DNA of 64,000 nucleotides from an uncultured Solirubrobacterales bacterium (GTDB lineage Bacteria > Actinomycetota > Thermoleophilia > Solirubrobacterales > JBBDJG01). The translations under genes and the position numbers were made by a program. Shown one piece after another: positions 18,797 to 27,820 of this stretch. The number at the start of each line of letters is the position of its first letter. Within the stretch, counting starts at the first letter, position 1. Under the pieces are notes generated by a model. That model ran no database searches. It saw nothing but the letters and a program-made list of their open reading frames with translations, and had not been told where the DNA came from. Location of the stretch: contig OY970293.1 of assembly GCA_963716195.1 (NCBI GenBank), positions 622,909 to 686,908 of the forward strand, written 5' to 3'.

Positions 18797-20134
18797 ATGC
18801 GAGCCATTGCCCTCATAGACGGTGAGCACCACCCGGCGGTCGCGCGCGACGCACTCGCGCTGGTGGCGGCCGAGCACGACCTGCGCGAGGTGGTGTTCGT
18901 GGGCGGCGAGGAGAAGGTCGCCGACGCGGTGCTCGCGGACCCGGCCGCGCCCGGCCACTACGGGCGCGAGGTGTTGATCGCACCGGAGGATCCCGGCGCC
19001 GCGCTGCGCGAGGTCGCGGGTGGGGGTGCCGATGTTGTGATCGATCTGTCGGGTGAGCCCGTCCTCGGCGGCGATCGGCGGATGGAGCTCGCCAGTGTCG
19101 CGCTGTCGCTCGGGCTCGAGTACCGCTGCGCCGGATTTCACGTGGCACCGCCCCCGCGGGAGCGGGTGGACGCCACGCGCCCGGTGATCGCAGTGATCGG
19201 CACCGGCAAGCGCACCGGCAAGACTGCGCTCGCGGGTCATTACGCCACGGTGTTGAGGGATCGTGGGTACAGCCCGGTGATCGTCAGCATGGGGCGGGGC
19301 GGGCCACCCGAGCCGCAGCTCGTGCGGGCGGAGGAGCGACCCAATACGGCGCGCCTGCTGGAGATCGCGCGGAGCGGCGGGCACGCTGCGTCCGACTACC
19401 TCGAGGACGCCGTGGTCGCCGGTGTGGCCTGCGTCGGTTGCCGGCGCTGCGGTGAGGGACCGGCGGGCGAGGTGTTCGACTCGAACGTGGTCGAGGGTGC
19501 GCGGCTTGCTCTCACGCTCGACCCGGACCCGCTTCTCCTGGAGGGAAGCGGCGCGGCGCTGCCGCCCGTGGCCGCCGACCGCACCGTTTGCGTGACGACC
19601 GCGCAACGCGCGGGACGTGAAGCGCTGGGGTACCTCGGCCCCTACCGGCTGCTCTGCTCGGACGTGCTGGTCGTGTTCGGGGCGGAGGCGGTCGACGCGG
19701 CTGCGCTAGCGGACGTCAAGCAGCGGCTCGCCCGCTGGATCGCGCCGGAGTCGATCGTCGCGTGTGCGCTGGTGCCCGAGCCGCTCGGGCACATTGCGGC
19801 GGGGTCGCGGGTGGCGTTCTTCTCCACGTCGGAGGCGCACGAGGGGCCGTTGCGCGAGCGGCTGGAGCAAGCGGGCGCCGAGCTGTGCGTCGCTTCGGCG
19901 AACCTGGCGCGCCGCCGCCACCTCGAGCCCGATTTGGAGCTCGCAGCCCGTGAGCGCTGCGATGTTTATTTGACCGAGCTGAAGGCGGCTGCGATCGAGG
20001 TCGTGGCAGAGGAGGCCGAGCGCCTCGGTGTGCGCGTCGAGTTCGTGCGCAACCGCCCGCGCCCGCTGCCCGGGGAGCCCGATCTCGACGAGCGCCTGGC
20101 AAGGCTGTATGAGGAGGCCCTGACGCCGGCATGA
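18797..20134 (+). CDS. cpgS: Cyclic 2,3-diphosphoglycerate synthetase
   Basis: ALIDGEH-P, GGEEK, DLSGEPV, IGTGKRTGKT, MGRGGPPEP, HAASDYLEDA, GCRRCG, LEGSGAA, LTELKAAAI, matching archaeal cDPGS motifs. Confidence 0.88.
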   Translation: MRAIALIDGEHHPAVARDALALVAAEHDLREVVFVGGEEKVADAVLADPAAPGHYGREVLIAPEDPGAALREVAGGGADVVIDLSGEPVLGGDRRMELASVALSLGLEYRCAGFHVAPPPRERVDATRPVIAVIGTGKRTGKTALAGHYATVLRDRGYSPVIVSMGRGGPPEPQLVRAEERPNTARLLEIARSGGHAASDYLEDAVVAGVACVGCRRCGEGPAGEVFDSNVVEGARLALTLDPDPLLLEGSGAALPPVAADRTVCVTTAQRAGREALGYLGPYRLLCSDVLVVFGAEAVDAAALADVKQRLARWIAPESIVACALVPEPLGHIAAGSRVAFFSTSEAHEGPLRERLEQAGAELCVASANLARRRHLEPDLELAARERCDVYLTELKAAAIEVVAEEAERLGVRVEFVRNRPRPLPGEPDLDERLARLYEEALTPA

Positions 20135-21069
20135 ACGCGCACCGCCCGGATCGCATAATCGTGGTTCGCAGCGACTACGGCCTGCCGTACTCGAAGGGTC
20201 TGATGGCGCAGTCGATCATGGGTGCCGGCCTGTCGCCGGAGCGCTCGCACGGCATCGCGCGCAGGATCGAGCAACGCCTCGACGAGCGTGACGATCCCGA
20301 GGTGAGCGTCGAGGAGCTGCGTGCACTCGCCGAGCAGGTGCTGCTGGACGAGGAGGGCGAGGCGGTCGCCAAGCGCTTCCGTCAGTGGGGGCTGGCCGAG
20401 CGGGTGGCCCGGCCCGTAGTGATCCTGATCGGCGGCGTCACCGGGGTCGGCAAGTCGACGATCGCGACCCAGCTCGCGAACCGGCTCGCGATCACGCGTG
20501 TCGTCGCGACCGACCAGGTGCGCCAGGTCGTGCGCGCGTTCCTCTCGCGCGACTTCATGCCCGCGGTCCACTATTCGTCGTTCGACGTCGCGCGCCACAT
20601 CCCCGAACTGGGCGAGGGGCGCGACGCGACGATCGCCGGCTTCCTGCGCCAGGTGGCGGACATCGCCCCCGGCATCGACGCGCTCGTGGAGCGGGCGGTC
20701 TCCGAGCGCAGCCGGATCGTGATCGAGGGGGTCCACCTGCTGCCCGAGGTGCCGAGCGTGCGCCTGTGCAAGCAGGCCGTGACTGCCCGCGTGCTGATTG
20801 CGGTCACCGATGAGCAGGCTCACCGCTCGCATTTCCACATGCGCGGCATAGAGTCCGCGCGGCCGACCCGCCGCTACCTCGAGGCGTTCGACCGCATCCG
20901 CACCATGCAGGAGTACCTGATCGCGCGCGCCCGCGAGAGCGGCACGCCGGTCGTGGACGAGGGCAGCCTGGAGCCGGCGTTGACCCGGGTGATGGAGGTG
21001 GTGCTGGACGAGATCGCGGCGCAGACCGCCGACGCCGATCCCGGCGCTAAGGTGTTAGGGGAGCAATGA
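20131..21069 (+). CDS. pgk2: 2-phosphoglycerate kinase (ATP-cone + P-loop)
   Basis: LPYSKGLMAQS ATP-cone start; LIGGVTGVGKSTIA, TDQVR, IEGVHL, RYLEAF; coupled to cpgS. Confidence 0.88.
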   Translation: MNAHRPDRIIVVRSDYGLPYSKGLMAQSIMGAGLSPERSHGIARRIEQRLDERDDPEVSVEELRALAEQVLLDEEGEAVAKRFRQWGLAERVARPVVILIGGVTGVGKSTIATQLANRLAITRVVATDQVRQVVRAFLSRDFMPAVHYSSFDVARHIPELGEGRDATIAGFLRQVADIAPGIDALVERAVSERSRIVIEGVHLLPEVPSVRLCKQAVTARVLIAVTDEQAHRSHFHMRGIESARPTRRYLEAFDRIRTMQEYLIARARESGTPVVDEGSLEPALTRVMEVVLDEIAAQTADADPGAKVLGEQ

Positions 21070-21758
21070 GATTCTTCATCGACACGGGATCGGTCGCTGA
21101 GGTCGAGGAGATCGCCGCCTGGGGCATCCTGTCCGGCGCGACGACCAATCCGAGCCTGCTCGCCAAGGAAGAGGGCGACCCCGGCGACATCATCCGCCGC
21201 ATCTGCGATCTCGTGCGCGGTCCGGTCAGCGCAGAGGTCGTCTCCGAAGACGCGGCTGGGATGGTTGAAGAGGGCCGGGTCCTGAACGCGCTGCACGAGT
21301 ACACGATCGTGAAGGTCCCGTTCTCGTCCGAGGGTCTGAGCGCCACGCGGACGCTCGCGGACGACGGCATCACCGTCAACATGACGCTCGTGTTCTCCGC
21401 CAACCAGGCGCTGCTGTCGGCGCAGGCAGGCGCGGGCTACGTCTCCTGCTTCATGGGCCGGCTCGACGACATCTCGATCGACTCCGCCGCCGTGCTGGCC
21501 GAGATCGTCGAGGCCCTGCGTCCCGGCGGCACGACGGCCCAGGTGCTGGCGGCTTCGATCCGCCACCCCGAGCATGTCGTCACCGCGGCACAGCTGGGCT
21601 GCGAGGTCGCGACCGTGCCGGGCAAGATCTTCCGCCAGATGCTCCAGCACCCGCTCACCGACCAGGGGCGCGAGCGCTTCAAGAGCGACTGGGAGACGCG
21701 CCCCGAGTTCGTCGAGTGGCTGGAGGCTCTCGTGGCCAAGCAGCCCACCTCGGCCTAG
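21066..21758 (+). CDS. tal: Transaldolase/fructose-6-phosphate aldolase (short TalC/FSA type)
   Basis: FFIDT, GATTNPSL, VSAEV, VKVP, NMTLVFS, GRLDD, AASIRHP, HPLTD. Confidence 0.92.
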   Translation: MRFFIDTGSVAEVEEIAAWGILSGATTNPSLLAKEEGDPGDIIRRICDLVRGPVSAEVVSEDAAGMVEEGRVLNALHEYTIVKVPFSSEGLSATRTLADDGITVNMTLVFSANQALLSAQAGAGYVSCFMGRLDDISIDSAAVLAEIVEALRPGGTTAQVLAASIRHPEHVVTAAQLGCEVATVPGKIFRQMLQHPLTDQGRERFKSDWETRPEFVEWLEALVAKQPTSA

Positions 21759-23030
21759 ATGGCCCTCGCTTCCGAGCTGGAGGGCAAGAGCCTCGCCGAG
21801 CTCCACGAGCTCGCCGCGGCCCGCGGGGTGCCGGGCTTTCGCGCGCTGCGCCGCGCGGAGCTGATCGAGGCGCTCGGCGGAGGTGGCGAGAGCCACCCCG
21901 AGATCGACACGCTGGACGAGGCTCTGGACGAGCTCGAGGCCGAGGACGAGGCCGAGGACGAGGACGAGAGCGAGGAGTCCGCGGCGGCCGACGAACCCGA
22001 AGAGGAGGCCGAGACCGCCACCGGCGTGCTGGAGATCATGCCCGACGGCTTCGGCTTCCTGCGCGTGGAGGGATTCGGCCGCTCCCGGGACGACGTGTTC
22101 GTGACGCGCTCCCAGATCAGGGCGCTTGGCCTGCGGACGGGTGACGAGCTGACGGGCCCCCTGCGCCGGCGCCGGCGCTCGGAGCGCCACTCATCCCTCG
22201 GCGAAGTGAGCATGGTGAACGGCCGCGACGCAGACGACCTTCAGGACCGTCCCGATTTCGCCGAGCTGACACCCACGTACCCGAGCAACCCGTTGATGGT
22301 GGCCGCCGGCTCTGCCGATCTCGACCTGCGCATGCTGGACTTCGTGGCGCCGCCCGTCAAAGGCGCCCGGCTTTTGATTTCAGGCCCGCCGCGGAGCGGG
22401 ACCACGACGCTCATGCGCAGGCTGCTCGACGGCGTCGCGTCCGACGGGTCGGTGCTTCCGTTCGTAGTCCTGGTGGACGCGCGCCCTGAGGAGCTGGCCG
22501 ACTGGCAGCGCTCTGCCTCGTATCCGGTGTATGGCTCCGCGGCCGATGCAACGGCGGACACCGGAGTCGAGCTCGCGACCGTCACCCTCGAACGCGCGCG
22601 CCGGCTCGTCGAGCAGGGCGATGACGTCCTGGTAGCGATCGACTCCCTCTCACGCCTCGCTCGCACTCATGGGCTGGCGCGCTCTCGCGGTCGCGGCGAT
22701 GAACCGGGCACGGGGTTCCAGTTTGCGAAGCAGTGGTTTGCCGCCGGCCGCAACACCGAGGAGGGCGGCTCTCTCACGATCGTCGCTACCGCTCATGCCG
22801 CGGGGCCGCTGCACGAGGCGCTCGCGGACGTGGCGACCGCGGAGGTTCGGCTCGACGGCGACCTCGCCGCGGCGGGCAACGAGCCTCCGATCGACGTCAG
22901 GCTTTCGTTCACTCGCCCGGAGTCGCTGCTCGCCGGCCAGGCGGACGCGTTGCGCCGCCTGCATGCCGCGGTTCAGCCGCTACCGGTGCGCGAGGCCTGG
23001 CAGCACGTCGCGGACCAGGTCCGCGGCTAG
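21759..23030 (+). CDS. Rho-like protein with a degenerate ATPase domain
   Basis: Rho N-terminal helices, acidic linker, GVLEIMPDGFGFLR...LRTGD, DARPEE, IDSLSRLAR, GGSLTIVATA; Walker A reads GPPRSGTTT. Confidence 0.8.
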   Translation: MALASELEGKSLAELHELAAARGVPGFRALRRAELIEALGGGGESHPEIDTLDEALDELEAEDEAEDEDESEESAAADEPEEEAETATGVLEIMPDGFGFLRVEGFGRSRDDVFVTRSQIRALGLRTGDELTGPLRRRRRSERHSSLGEVSMVNGRDADDLQDRPDFAELTPTYPSNPLMVAAGSADLDLRMLDFVAPPVKGARLLISGPPRSGTTTLMRRLLDGVASDGSVLPFVVLVDARPEELADWQRSASYPVYGSAADATADTGVELATVTLERARRLVEQGDDVLVAIDSLSRLARTHGLARSRGRGDEPGTGFQFAKQWFAAGRNTEEGGSLTIVATAHAAGPLHEALADVATAEVRLDGDLAAAGNEPPIDVRLSFTRPESLLAGQADALRRLHAAVQPLPVREAWQHVADQVRG

Positions 23031-23034
23031 TGGC

Positions 23035-23505
23035 CTAGCGGCGGTACGCCGCCGGTTCCCAGGAGGGCTCCGGCGCGAGCTCGATCAGCTCGGAGTTGCG
23101 GTCGCGTTGCAGGTAGCCGAAGCTCTGCGTGTCTTCGCGGAAGACGATGTCGAGCTCGCCCTCCTTGACGCGCTGGTCGAGCCAGGCGCTGCGGAAGACG
23201 AGTCGGCGCAGCCAGTGCACGAGCGAGCGGTCGGCCGGGCCGACGAGCTCGAGCCAGCGGCGGTTGACGTGGTCGCCCAGGGGAGAGGCCGGCTCCCGGA
23301 TCTCGCCGTTGACGGCGAGGTTGACTAGGTCGTCGAGCTCCTCCTCGCTCAACCCGGGATCGACGAACCCCAGCTTGACGGCGGCCTGCTCGACGCGCTG
23401 GCGGAAGTCGTTCTCGTTGAACGTGAAGCGCAGCTCGCCGTACTCGAGCACGTAGTCGTCCCCTGACTCGTAGTTCCCTCGTCTCTTGGTTTCGTGCTCG
23501 GCCAT
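23035..23505 (-). CDS. Hypothetical protein
   Basis: 156-aa ORF with host-like codon usage (DDYVLEYGELRFTFNE...WLRRLVFRSAWLDQRV). Confidence 0.75.
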   Translation of the reverse strand: MAEHETKRRGNYESGDDYVLEYGELRFTFNENDFRQRVEQAAVKLGFVDPGLSEEELDDLVNLAVNGEIREPASPLGDHVNRRWLELVGPADRSLVHWLRRLVFRSAWLDQRVKEGELDIVFREDTQSFGYLQRDRNSELIELAPEPSWEPAAYRR

Positions 23506-23587
23506 ATGCTGTGCGCCTCGTCTCCCGTTCATTATCGGGCGCGAGGCGTCTTCATGTTACGACCATCTCCTTTTGCGAGGGGGAGCT

Positions 23588-24340
23588 ATGACAGATGCGT
23601 TGCAGGGAAAGGTTGCGGTGGTCACCGGCGCGACGTCCGGGATCGGCGAGGCGACGGCGAGGCAGCTGGCGCAGGCGGGAGTCGCCGTGGCGCTCGCGGG
23701 ACGCCGCGCCGAGAGGCTCGAAGCGCTCGCCAAAAACATCGAAAACGCCGGTGGCAAGGCGATTGCGGTCACCACCGACGTCACGAAGGAAGACGAGGCA
23801 AAGGCCCTGATCGAGCGCACGAAGTCGGAGCTCGGCAGGCTCGACATACTCGTCAACAACGCGGGGGTGATGTTGCTCGGACCGGTGCAAGATGCGGACA
23901 CCGAGGAGTGGCGGCGGATGCTGGACGTAAATCTGATGGGGCTGCTCTATTGCACGCATTCCGCGCTGCCGATCATGCGCGAGCAACAGTCCGGGCACAT
24001 CGTGAACGTGTCCTCAGTGGCGGGCCGCACGGCCAGCCTCGGCGTCGCCGTCTACAACGCGACCAAGTGGGGGGTGGTCGGCTTCTCGGAGGGGTTGCGC
24101 CAGGAGGTCCTCCATCTCAAGGTCCGCGTCACGGTGATCGAGCCCGGTTACGTGCTCACCGAGTTACAGGCTCACTCCACCAACCCGATGGCGAGAGCGG
24201 CGATCGATCAGATGGAGAAGGACACCGAAGCTCCGCTGCAGGCGCAAGACATCGCCGATGCGATCTACTTCGCGGTCTCCCGCCCGCAGCACGTGAACGT
24301 GAACGAGATCCTCGTGCGCCCGCTCGAGCAGTCGCGCTAG
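23588..24340 (+). CDS. SDR family oxidoreductase
   Basis: VTGATSGIG, LVNNAG, YNATK; GAGGGGAG RBS. Confidence 0.93.
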   Translation: MTDALQGKVAVVTGATSGIGEATARQLAQAGVAVALAGRRAERLEALAKNIENAGGKAIAVTTDVTKEDEAKALIERTKSELGRLDILVNNAGVMLLGPVQDADTEEWRRMLDVNLMGLLYCTHSALPIMREQQSGHIVNVSSVAGRTASLGVAVYNATKWGVVGFSEGLRQEVLHLKVRVTVIEPGYVLTELQAHSTNPMARAAIDQMEKDTEAPLQAQDIADAIYFAVSRPQHVNVNEILVRPLEQSR

Positions 24341-24343
24341 GAG

Positions 24344-24763
24344 TCAGCTCAGCCGCAGGCCGCCGTCGGTCGTGACGGTCCAGCGCGGGTTGTGGGCCAC
24401 CTCCCACGGGTGACCTTCCGGATCGATGAAGACGGAGCTGTAGCCGCCCCAGAACGTCTCTGCCGGCTCGCGGCCGATCGTGGCGCCGGCGGCGCGCGCC
24501 TCCTCGGTGACGGCGTCAACCGCTTCACGCGAGCCGACGTTGTGCGCCAGCGTCACACCGCCCCAGCCGCCGCCGTCCTCGACGCAGCTGTCCTCCGCGA
24601 GGCGCGAGCGGTCCCACAGCGCGAGCACCATGTCGCCGGACTGGAAGAAGACGACGTCGTCGCCGGGAGCGGCTCCCGTCTCCCAGCCGAGCGCTTCGTA
24701 GAAGCTTCGCGCACGGTCCAGGTCGCGCACGCCGAGAGTCACCAGTGTGAGTCGCGGTTTCAT
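24344..24763 (-). CDS. VOC family protein
   Basis: LVTLGVRDLDRARSFYEALGW...FWGGYS...DPEGHPWEVAHNP. Confidence 0.92.
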   Translation of the reverse strand: MKPRLTLVTLGVRDLDRARSFYEALGWETGAAPGDDVVFFQSGDMVLALWDRSRLAEDSCVEDGGGWGGVTLAHNVGSREAVDAVTEEARAAGATIGREPAETFWGGYSSVFIDPEGHPWEVAHNPRWTVTTDGGLRLS

Positions 24764-24782
24764 GCGCGCCTCCTCGCGTTCG

Positions 24783-24908
24783 CTACTGAGCCAGCTCGGC
24801 CAGCAGGGCCTCGATGTCCTGCTCGCTCCTTACTGCTTCGGGCAGCGGTATCCACGGCTTGTCCTCGGCCGAGTATGTGCGCGTCGGGTCCTCGTGCGTG
24901 GTTGCCAT
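24783..24908 (-). CDS. 41-aa small protein (below the ORF-track cutoff)
   Basis: MATTHEDPTRTYSAEDKPWIPLPEAVRSEQDIEALLAELAQ* preceded by a strong AAAGGAGGAGAG RBS. Confidence 0.6.
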   Translation of the reverse strand: MATTHEDPTRTYSAEDKPWIPLPEAVRSEQDIEALLAELAQ

Positions 24909-25022
24909 CTCTCCTCCTTTCGTTGCTTTACAGGAACGCTACTCGCCGCGGTGAGCAAACGCTAGAGGCGGCCGGAAGCACCAGCGCAGCCCTCCGGCCT
25001 CGGTTCACCGCGCGCGACGGAT

Positions 25023-25296
25023 GGGCATCGAAGGAGGGTGTGACGGAAGGTTTGCGAAAGGGCGCCACTTGCATGCGGGAGTGTTACGAGACGACCGATT
25101 CGTGAGGGGCCACTTAGCGGCTGTGCGGTTGGATGACCTATAGGTCATCCAAACGTTCACTCGCTGATTTGCGGTGTGACGGAGAGGTCGCAACCCTCGC
25201 AAAGCGCATAAACCTGCACGACGGCGTCGGTGTTTCGTTACCTCTCGGCCGGGTCGCTACACCGCACCCGCAATGACCCTCCCTCCTTCGGTGCCC
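25023..25296 (+). repeat. Inverted-end/CTATAG-hairpin element, long type, copy A
   Basis: Ends GGGCATCGAAGGAGGG / CCCTCCTTCGGTGCCC (15/16 inverted match); perfect 24-bp palindrome TTGGATGACCTATAGGTCATCCAA at 25129-25152; colinear with the reverse complement of copy B. Confidence 0.85.
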
Positions 25297-25346
25297 GGAC
25301 CGAAACGGCTTCCCGGCGCCACAAGGGAATCGCTACGGTTCAGCCC

Positions 25347-26387
25347 GTGCGCCCGACGATCAAGGCGGACAACCTGCTCGAGCGCATGGCGCTGCGGCTC
25401 AACCTCGCGCCGGCGCCGGTCGTGGAGGCGCTTTTCTATCCCGCGATCGCGCGCACCGTGATGGGCGGCGTGCGGCTGGGAGTGTTCGAGCGCCTGTGCA
25501 AAGGAGCGGCGACGGCCGACCAGCTCGCCTCCGAGCTCGAGTTGACCCCGGTCGGGGCGCGCTTTTTGCTCGACTCTTTGGCGGCCGCGGGCCACGTGCG
25601 CCGCGAGCGCGACACCTACTCGATCACCGACAGAGCGCGGCGCTGGCTCGATCCCGCTTCGGACCGGTACATCGGCACCTACATCCGACACACCTACGAC
25701 TACTGGGAGTGGTGGGAAAGCATGGAGCAGGTGATCCGGACCGGGAAGAGCTTCGAGATCCACGATTTCCCGCCCGATGACCCGAGCTGGGACGTCTATA
25801 TACGGGGACAGTTCGAGTTGGCGCGTCTGTCAGCGCCGGAGGTGGCGCGCGCCCTGCGTCTGCCGCCGAAGGCACAGTCGCTGCTGGACGTGGCGGGCGG
25901 CCACGGGTGGTTCTCGGCTGAACTCTGCCGGCGCCACGATGGCCTGCGCGCGACGGTCGTCGACCTGCCGGGCAGCGCGCGAGTGGGCCGGGAGATCATC
26001 GCCGAGGCGAGCATGAGCGATCGCGTGCGCCACGTCGAAGCAGACCTGACGACGGCGGAGCTCGGCGGGCCCTACGACGGCGCGCTCTGCTTCAACATCA
26101 TTCATCACCTCACGCCCGAGCAGAACTTCGCGCTCTTCCGGCGCATCCACGATGCGCTCGCGCCGGGCGGGACGTTCGCCGTGCTCGACCTGTTCACACA
26201 GCCGCAGGACAAACGCCCCGACGCGGCTGCCTTTCTCGGAATGTTCTTCTACCTCACCTCGGCGGCCGCGACCTACGGTCCCGAGGAGCTGTTCGGATGG
26301 CTCGACGAAACCGGGTTCGAGCGCCCGCGCAAGGTCAAGATCAGGCGGATACCGACTCAGACGTTGTACGAAGTACGGCGGAAGTAG
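25347..26387 (+). CDS. Class I SAM-dependent O-methyltransferase with a dimerisation domain
   Basis: LLDVAGGHG, VVDLP, FNIIHH, ALAPGG. Confidence 0.88.
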   Translation: MRPTIKADNLLERMALRLNLAPAPVVEALFYPAIARTVMGGVRLGVFERLCKGAATADQLASELELTPVGARFLLDSLAAAGHVRRERDTYSITDRARRWLDPASDRYIGTYIRHTYDYWEWWESMEQVIRTGKSFEIHDFPPDDPSWDVYIRGQFELARLSAPEVARALRLPPKAQSLLDVAGGHGWFSAELCRRHDGLRATVVDLPGSARVGREIIAEASMSDRVRHVEADLTTAELGGPYDGALCFNIIHHLTPEQNFALFRRIHDALAPGGTFAVLDLFTQPQDKRPDAAAFLGMFFYLTSAAATYGPEELFGWLDETGFERPRKVKIRRIPTQTLYEVRRK

Positions 26388-26388
26388 A

Positions 26389-27792
26389 TTGGCGCGGCTC
26401 GGGCACGTCGGTCGCTGGATTACAGACGGAGAACGCCGCGTCATTGTTTTGCACGGGTTCAACATCGTCAACAAGCTGCCGCCCTACGATCCGGCGGCGA
26501 TCGGATTCGACCGGCGTCACGCCGCGTTTCTGCGCGAGCACGGCTTCAACACGATCCGGCTCGGTCTGATCTGGAAGGCGATCGAGCCCGAGCCCGGCGT
26601 CTACGACGACGGCTATCTCGACCGCATCGCAGCGACCGTCGATGCGCTCGGCGCGGCTGGCGTGCACGTCCTGCTCGACTTCCACCAGGACATGCTGAAC
26701 GAGCGCTACAACGGCCAGGGCTTTCCCGACTGGGCGGCGCTCGACGACGGCATCAGGCCGTGGCCTGACGTCGGCTTCCCGGGCAACTACGCTGTGATGC
26801 GCGCGCTGTGGCGCGCCTACGACCACTTCTGGCGCAACGATCCCGGGCCGGGAGGCATCGGCCTGCAAGACCGCTACGCGCAGGCGTGGCGTCACGTTGC
26901 CGAGCGCTTCAGCGCGCACGAGGCCGTGTTCGGCTACGACATCTTCAACGAGCCGTTCCCGGGGTCGGCCGTGGTGCGCTCCGTGCGGCCCGGCGGCAAC
27001 GCCGACTTCGACCAGCTCCTGAGCGCGTTCACGCGCCGGGTCATGCGCGCGATCAGAGCAGTGGACCGCCGGCGGCTCGTCTTCTACGAGCCGAGTGCGC
27101 TGTTCGACTACGGCGTGGACACGCGCCACGAGGCCACGGGCGATGAAAACGCCGGCTTCAGCTTTCACGCGTATTGCATCGCCGCATCGCCCGGCATGCC
27201 CGGGTTGCGCGGTCCGCTCCAGGACGCCGCCTGTGGCAAGCAGGAACGGCGGGTCTTCGCCCTCGCCGACCGCCACGCCGGGCGCAACGACGAGGCGCTG
27301 TTGCTGTCCGAGTTCGGGGCGAGCGACGACGTGCGGCTCGTCAAGCGGGTGGCCGACATCGCCGACGAGCGCATGATCTCGTGGCAGTACTGGGCTTACT
27401 GGAATCGCGACCCCTGCTGCGAGCGCCCGCACGAAGGGTTGGTGCACGATCTCGGGCGGCCACCGGACGGGGACAACCTGAAGCAGGAAAAGCTCGACGC
27501 GCTCGCGCGCCCGTTTCCGCGCGCGGTCGCGGGCACGCCCCTGCGTTTCCGGTTCGATCCCGACGCGCACGCGTTCGAGCTGCTGTACTCGACCGCTCGC
27601 CCCGGCGGAGGCAGGTTCGATGCCGGGACGGAGACCGAGGTCTTTTTGCCGCCGCGCCGCTTCGGTCGCGGCTACGAAGTCGAGATCGGAGGTGCCGAGG
27701 TCGCCTCCGAACCCGATGCGCCGCTGCTGCGCCTGCGATCGGTGGCGGGAGCGGGCCGCGTCGCCCTTCGCGTCGTAGCGCAAGTCGGCTAG
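26389..27792 (+). CDS. GH5 endoglycoceramidase-like glycoside hydrolase
   Basis: LHGFN, GFNTIRLG, LDFHQD, YDIFNEP, FHAY, LSEFGA, RPFPRAVAGTP. Confidence 0.9.
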   Translation: MARLGHVGRWITDGERRVIVLHGFNIVNKLPPYDPAAIGFDRRHAAFLREHGFNTIRLGLIWKAIEPEPGVYDDGYLDRIAATVDALGAAGVHVLLDFHQDMLNERYNGQGFPDWAALDDGIRPWPDVGFPGNYAVMRALWRAYDHFWRNDPGPGGIGLQDRYAQAWRHVAERFSAHEAVFGYDIFNEPFPGSAVVRSVRPGGNADFDQLLSAFTRRVMRAIRAVDRRRLVFYEPSALFDYGVDTRHEATGDENAGFSFHAYCIAASPGMPGLRGPLQDAACGKQERRVFALADRHAGRNDEALLLSEFGASDDVRLVKRVADIADERMISWQYWAYWNRDPCCERPHEGLVHDLGRPPDGDNLKQEKLDALARPFPRAVAGTPLRFRFDPDAHAFELLYSTARPGGGRFDAGTETEVFLPPRRFGRGYEVEIGGAEVASEPDAPLLRLRSVAGAGRVALRVVAQVG

Positions 27793-27820
27793 ACTTCGCG
27801 CGGGCAATAGGGGAGGGACG

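Noticed and set aside
21920-22015. GAG/GAC-rich short repeats
   Set aside because: Encode the acidic low-complexity linker of the Rho-like protein
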